Shown here: positions 61,357-64,000 of the stretch, piece after piece | How the letters are laid out: each line of letters starts with the position of its first letter | Position numbering within the stretch: the first letter of the stretch is position 1 | Assembly: GCA_017499595.2 (NCBI GenBank) | Contig: CM038999.1 | Span: forward strand, 496,001 to 560,000 | Origin: Psilocybe cubensis | Taxonomy: Eukaryota | Direction of reading: 5' to 3' | DNA length: 64,000 bases | Position numbers and translations under genes: made by a program | The notes under the pieces: model-generated | What the model saw: only the letters and a program-made list of their open reading frames with translations | The model's database searches: none | Told to the model about the DNA's origin: nothing

Positions 61357-62918
61357 ATGGACCGAACTCCTCTGCGTACCTACGCGAACAGTCGTTTGAT
61401 TAACTACCAGTTCTATTTGGTATGGATGACAATCAGTCATCCAGTGGGTCTGAAAACTTTGTGTATGTTTCTCTGTATTTGTTTGTCGTGTATTTAACTT
61501 GGTTGCAGGTCATCAAATGTCCAGAAGAACGACGTCATAGCAGACGACTGTAAGTAGTTTGATTAACTTACTGTGTTTTCTCTACTTATCATTGTCCTCA
61601 TTTTTTAAATTTTTATTATTATTATTTTGAGATCTTGCCGTCGAACTAATAAATTCCGGATACTCTGGTGAAGTGTGGAGATGCGAAAGTAAAAGCTGTG
61701 CCCGCGTCGTCGCGATTAAAGTTATGTATACCGTCGGTGAGAGTGTGCGGGCCACCCGTGCCGCGCACGTATCTGCATTATTGAAAAATTCTTCATCTGT
61801 GGATGCAAGGTGAGTATTTTCTTCTTTTGGTCGATTCCATTATTCACTGTAGTTCATTGTACTTCAGTTTTATTTGTGGTCTGGCGGAAACTGTCTTTCA
61901 CCTCCGTCATCCTTGTCTCGTATTCGAATTGTATGGAATGAATCTCAAGGAAATGATAACAAAGGAAAATGTGCTTCCCCTTCCTTTGTTCCAAATCAAG
62001 GCCATAATGTGGCAAGTATGTAACGGTGTGGCATGTGAGTGTTTTCAATTTATGGTGATTACTTTGCGTCAGATATTCATGTACATTTAGTCCTACATAA
62101 TACGTTGGATATAGCGCATACGGACATCAAGCCTGAGAACGTCGTTCTCGTCGATGACCAAACGACTACTGTGTCTGATATCAGTCCAGATGGCGCTTTT
62201 TACAACAAAGTACGTCACAATTCTTGTCAATTAGACCATTACAATGCTTAAAGAATACGTGTTTGAAGAACGTTGTGTCTAATGTCCAAATCAAAATCAT
62301 TGACCTCGAAGATTCTGTCACAAGTCCTCGTAACCTCCATTTTGTCCCCGGTACAATGGGGTATCGTGCTCCGGAAGTGTATGGTGGTGGGTATGACGTT
62401 TTCCGATACTCCTTACATTTCTGATTATACGCTTCTATAGGTGTCGGTTGGGGTTTCCCTGTCAATGTCTTCGCTGTCGGATGTTTAACATTCGAGATCT
62501 TTACGGGTTTGTCATTGTTTCCGAAGACAGATGATGTTCGGGAGTATTTTTTCTGTATGGAGAGGCTGCTTGGACATTTCGCTCCGGGTCAGGCTCAAGA
62601 TATCAGTGAAATGCATCCAGCGATATTCCGAACTAAAACTAGGGTCCCGAAAGTCCGTGGCGCAGCAATCAATGCTAAAGTTTGCAACAAGCTTTTGCGC
62701 CATGTGGCCGATGTCAAGTGGTTCAAGGTGTGTTACCTCGAGCGTTCGTGAACCGTGAAGTCTATGATTAAATGCATTGTTAGAAATCAATCAACCAGTC
62801 AGACGCAGTGGAATTTATATCTATGTGTACTGCAGTCGACCCTCATCGCAGACTCACTATCGAATCCGCTCTACGCCATCGGTTTTTCACGAAATTTTCG
62901 CGTGTCAAGTTAAACTAG
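61357..62918 (+). CDS. Divergent CLK/LAMMER-like protein kinase, multi-exon
   Basis: SGYSGEV, VVAIKV, HPCLVFELYG, HTDIKPEN, IKIIDLED, GTMGYRAPEV, VFAVGCLTFEIFTG, EYFFCMERLLG (cf. EHLAMMERILG), DPHRR...ALRHRFF. TAG at 62916-62918. Confidence 0.85.
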
Positions 62919-64000
62919 ATTACTTTCCTGATGCGTATAACCTAAATGGTAGCGTTTCTGTGTCGTCTACAATATATTCCTGTCTTCTCGTTCTCGGTGT
63001 CATCCTCTTAGAGTTTTTATACTGTTTGTGTGTTGTATTAACAAATATAGAATCTTTGGTTGTCCCTCCAGCAACGACTGGGTTGTTTGTGTCATTGTGT
63101 TTTTTGCCCGGATCTAGTTGTATTCAATTCGCTATATGTTTTGACGTGTTAATTATTTATGTACCTCGCTTTTTCGAAGATGCGCCGGTATTCTGTGGCG
63201 TCCTTTCTAGTTCATTGCGGGCGCTGTTAGATGAATTTATGTACGACATATCCAAAGCGTTCGTAGTGGTCTGGATGCATTCCTTTTTTTTTATCGATCC
63301 AGGTCTCACTCGGTCGTTGTACGTCGAAACATTTTCTTTCTTCCCTGAGTATTCTGTGCACGCACAGTGAGAATGATCTTTTACGCACTCCATGAGAGAT
63401 GTGAGTTGAACTGTGTTGAATTGTACATACGAGCGTTGAACTTGTTATTGGATCGGGATGGTAAAGGTAGTATAATGATACCGTTGCTTTCTCGAGGAAA
63501 GAGTTTACACGACGGGATGCATTCGGTGAACATTCTGGTTGAAAGTCAGTGTGTCTTTACGTGTAGTAAACACTCGCTCGTGTAGTCCTGCTCCAGATGT
63601 ATCCACTGGAATTTACCGACATCCATGCCATTGGTGGCCGTGTTACCGATATGGTGTGCATTAGGTTCTGTGCAGTAGCTCCAAGGGTAGTTACTAGTGG
63701 TACACCCTGACCAAGAGTACCGTGGAAATCGGACTTTGCAATGTATCTCGGGTGTGAATATCGTATGCAATTATTTAGTAATTCTCTTTACATTGCTAGT
63801 GTATTTCGGGTGTGTGAGTGTCATGCAGTAATATGTGGTAGTTTCCTTTACGCCACTCTCGACGATATTGACAATCGAGCGCGATACCTTTTCTGTACAT
63901 GTATTTAATGTCGTGAGCTGTAATCTAGTGTAACCGTTTTTATGTCATTGTTTTGAATGGACTGGAATGACCTAGTGTATATTCCGGCGACTCGAGTGGA

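Larger units (their letters stand above)
22839..64000 (-). mobile_element. Helitron with putative very large cargo region; 5' end not located
   Basis: The 3' hairpin and RepHel are firm. Extension to the window end is only inferred, from captured gene fragments, AT-rich character and the absence of the interrupted KDZ and F-box sequences. Confidence 0.4.

Overview
Intron-rich fungal DNA, most consistent with an Agaricomycete basidiomycete (short GT-AG introns, KDZ/CxC2 transposon, Agaricales-type F-box). About 1-11 kb looks like ordinary host chromosome: a large Pro/Arg/Gly-rich low-complexity gene, two paralogous atypical ARF-like GTPases each fused to a His-rich domain, and a probable securin between them. 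An F-box gene then breaks off at ~11253, where a three-gene Kyakuja-Dileera-Zisupton (KDZ) element begins: an HMG-like gene, a crippled TET/JBP dioxygenase and an apparently intact CxC2-KDZ transposase. About 50 bp after the transposase stop lies the 3' hairpin of a minus-strand Helitron with a 1953-codon Rep/PIF1 ORF. From there to the window end (>41 kb) the DNA looks AT-richer. I found no Helitron 5' end, no second KDZ terminus and no 3' half of the F-box gene. This stretch carries spliced but highly diverged genes: a ribonucleotide reductase small subunit lacking its radical Tyr and three iron ligands, a putative OB-fold/SSB-like gene, an F-box/nucleotidyltransferase-motif gene, and a head-to-head LAMMER-like kinase/pseudokinase pair. 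It also carries intron-retaining host gene fragments (Vps11, ArfGAP) and nested MITEs. The main hypothesis is a giant, virus-like, cargo-carrying Helitron. All assignments come from motif reading by eye, and exon boundaries are approximate.
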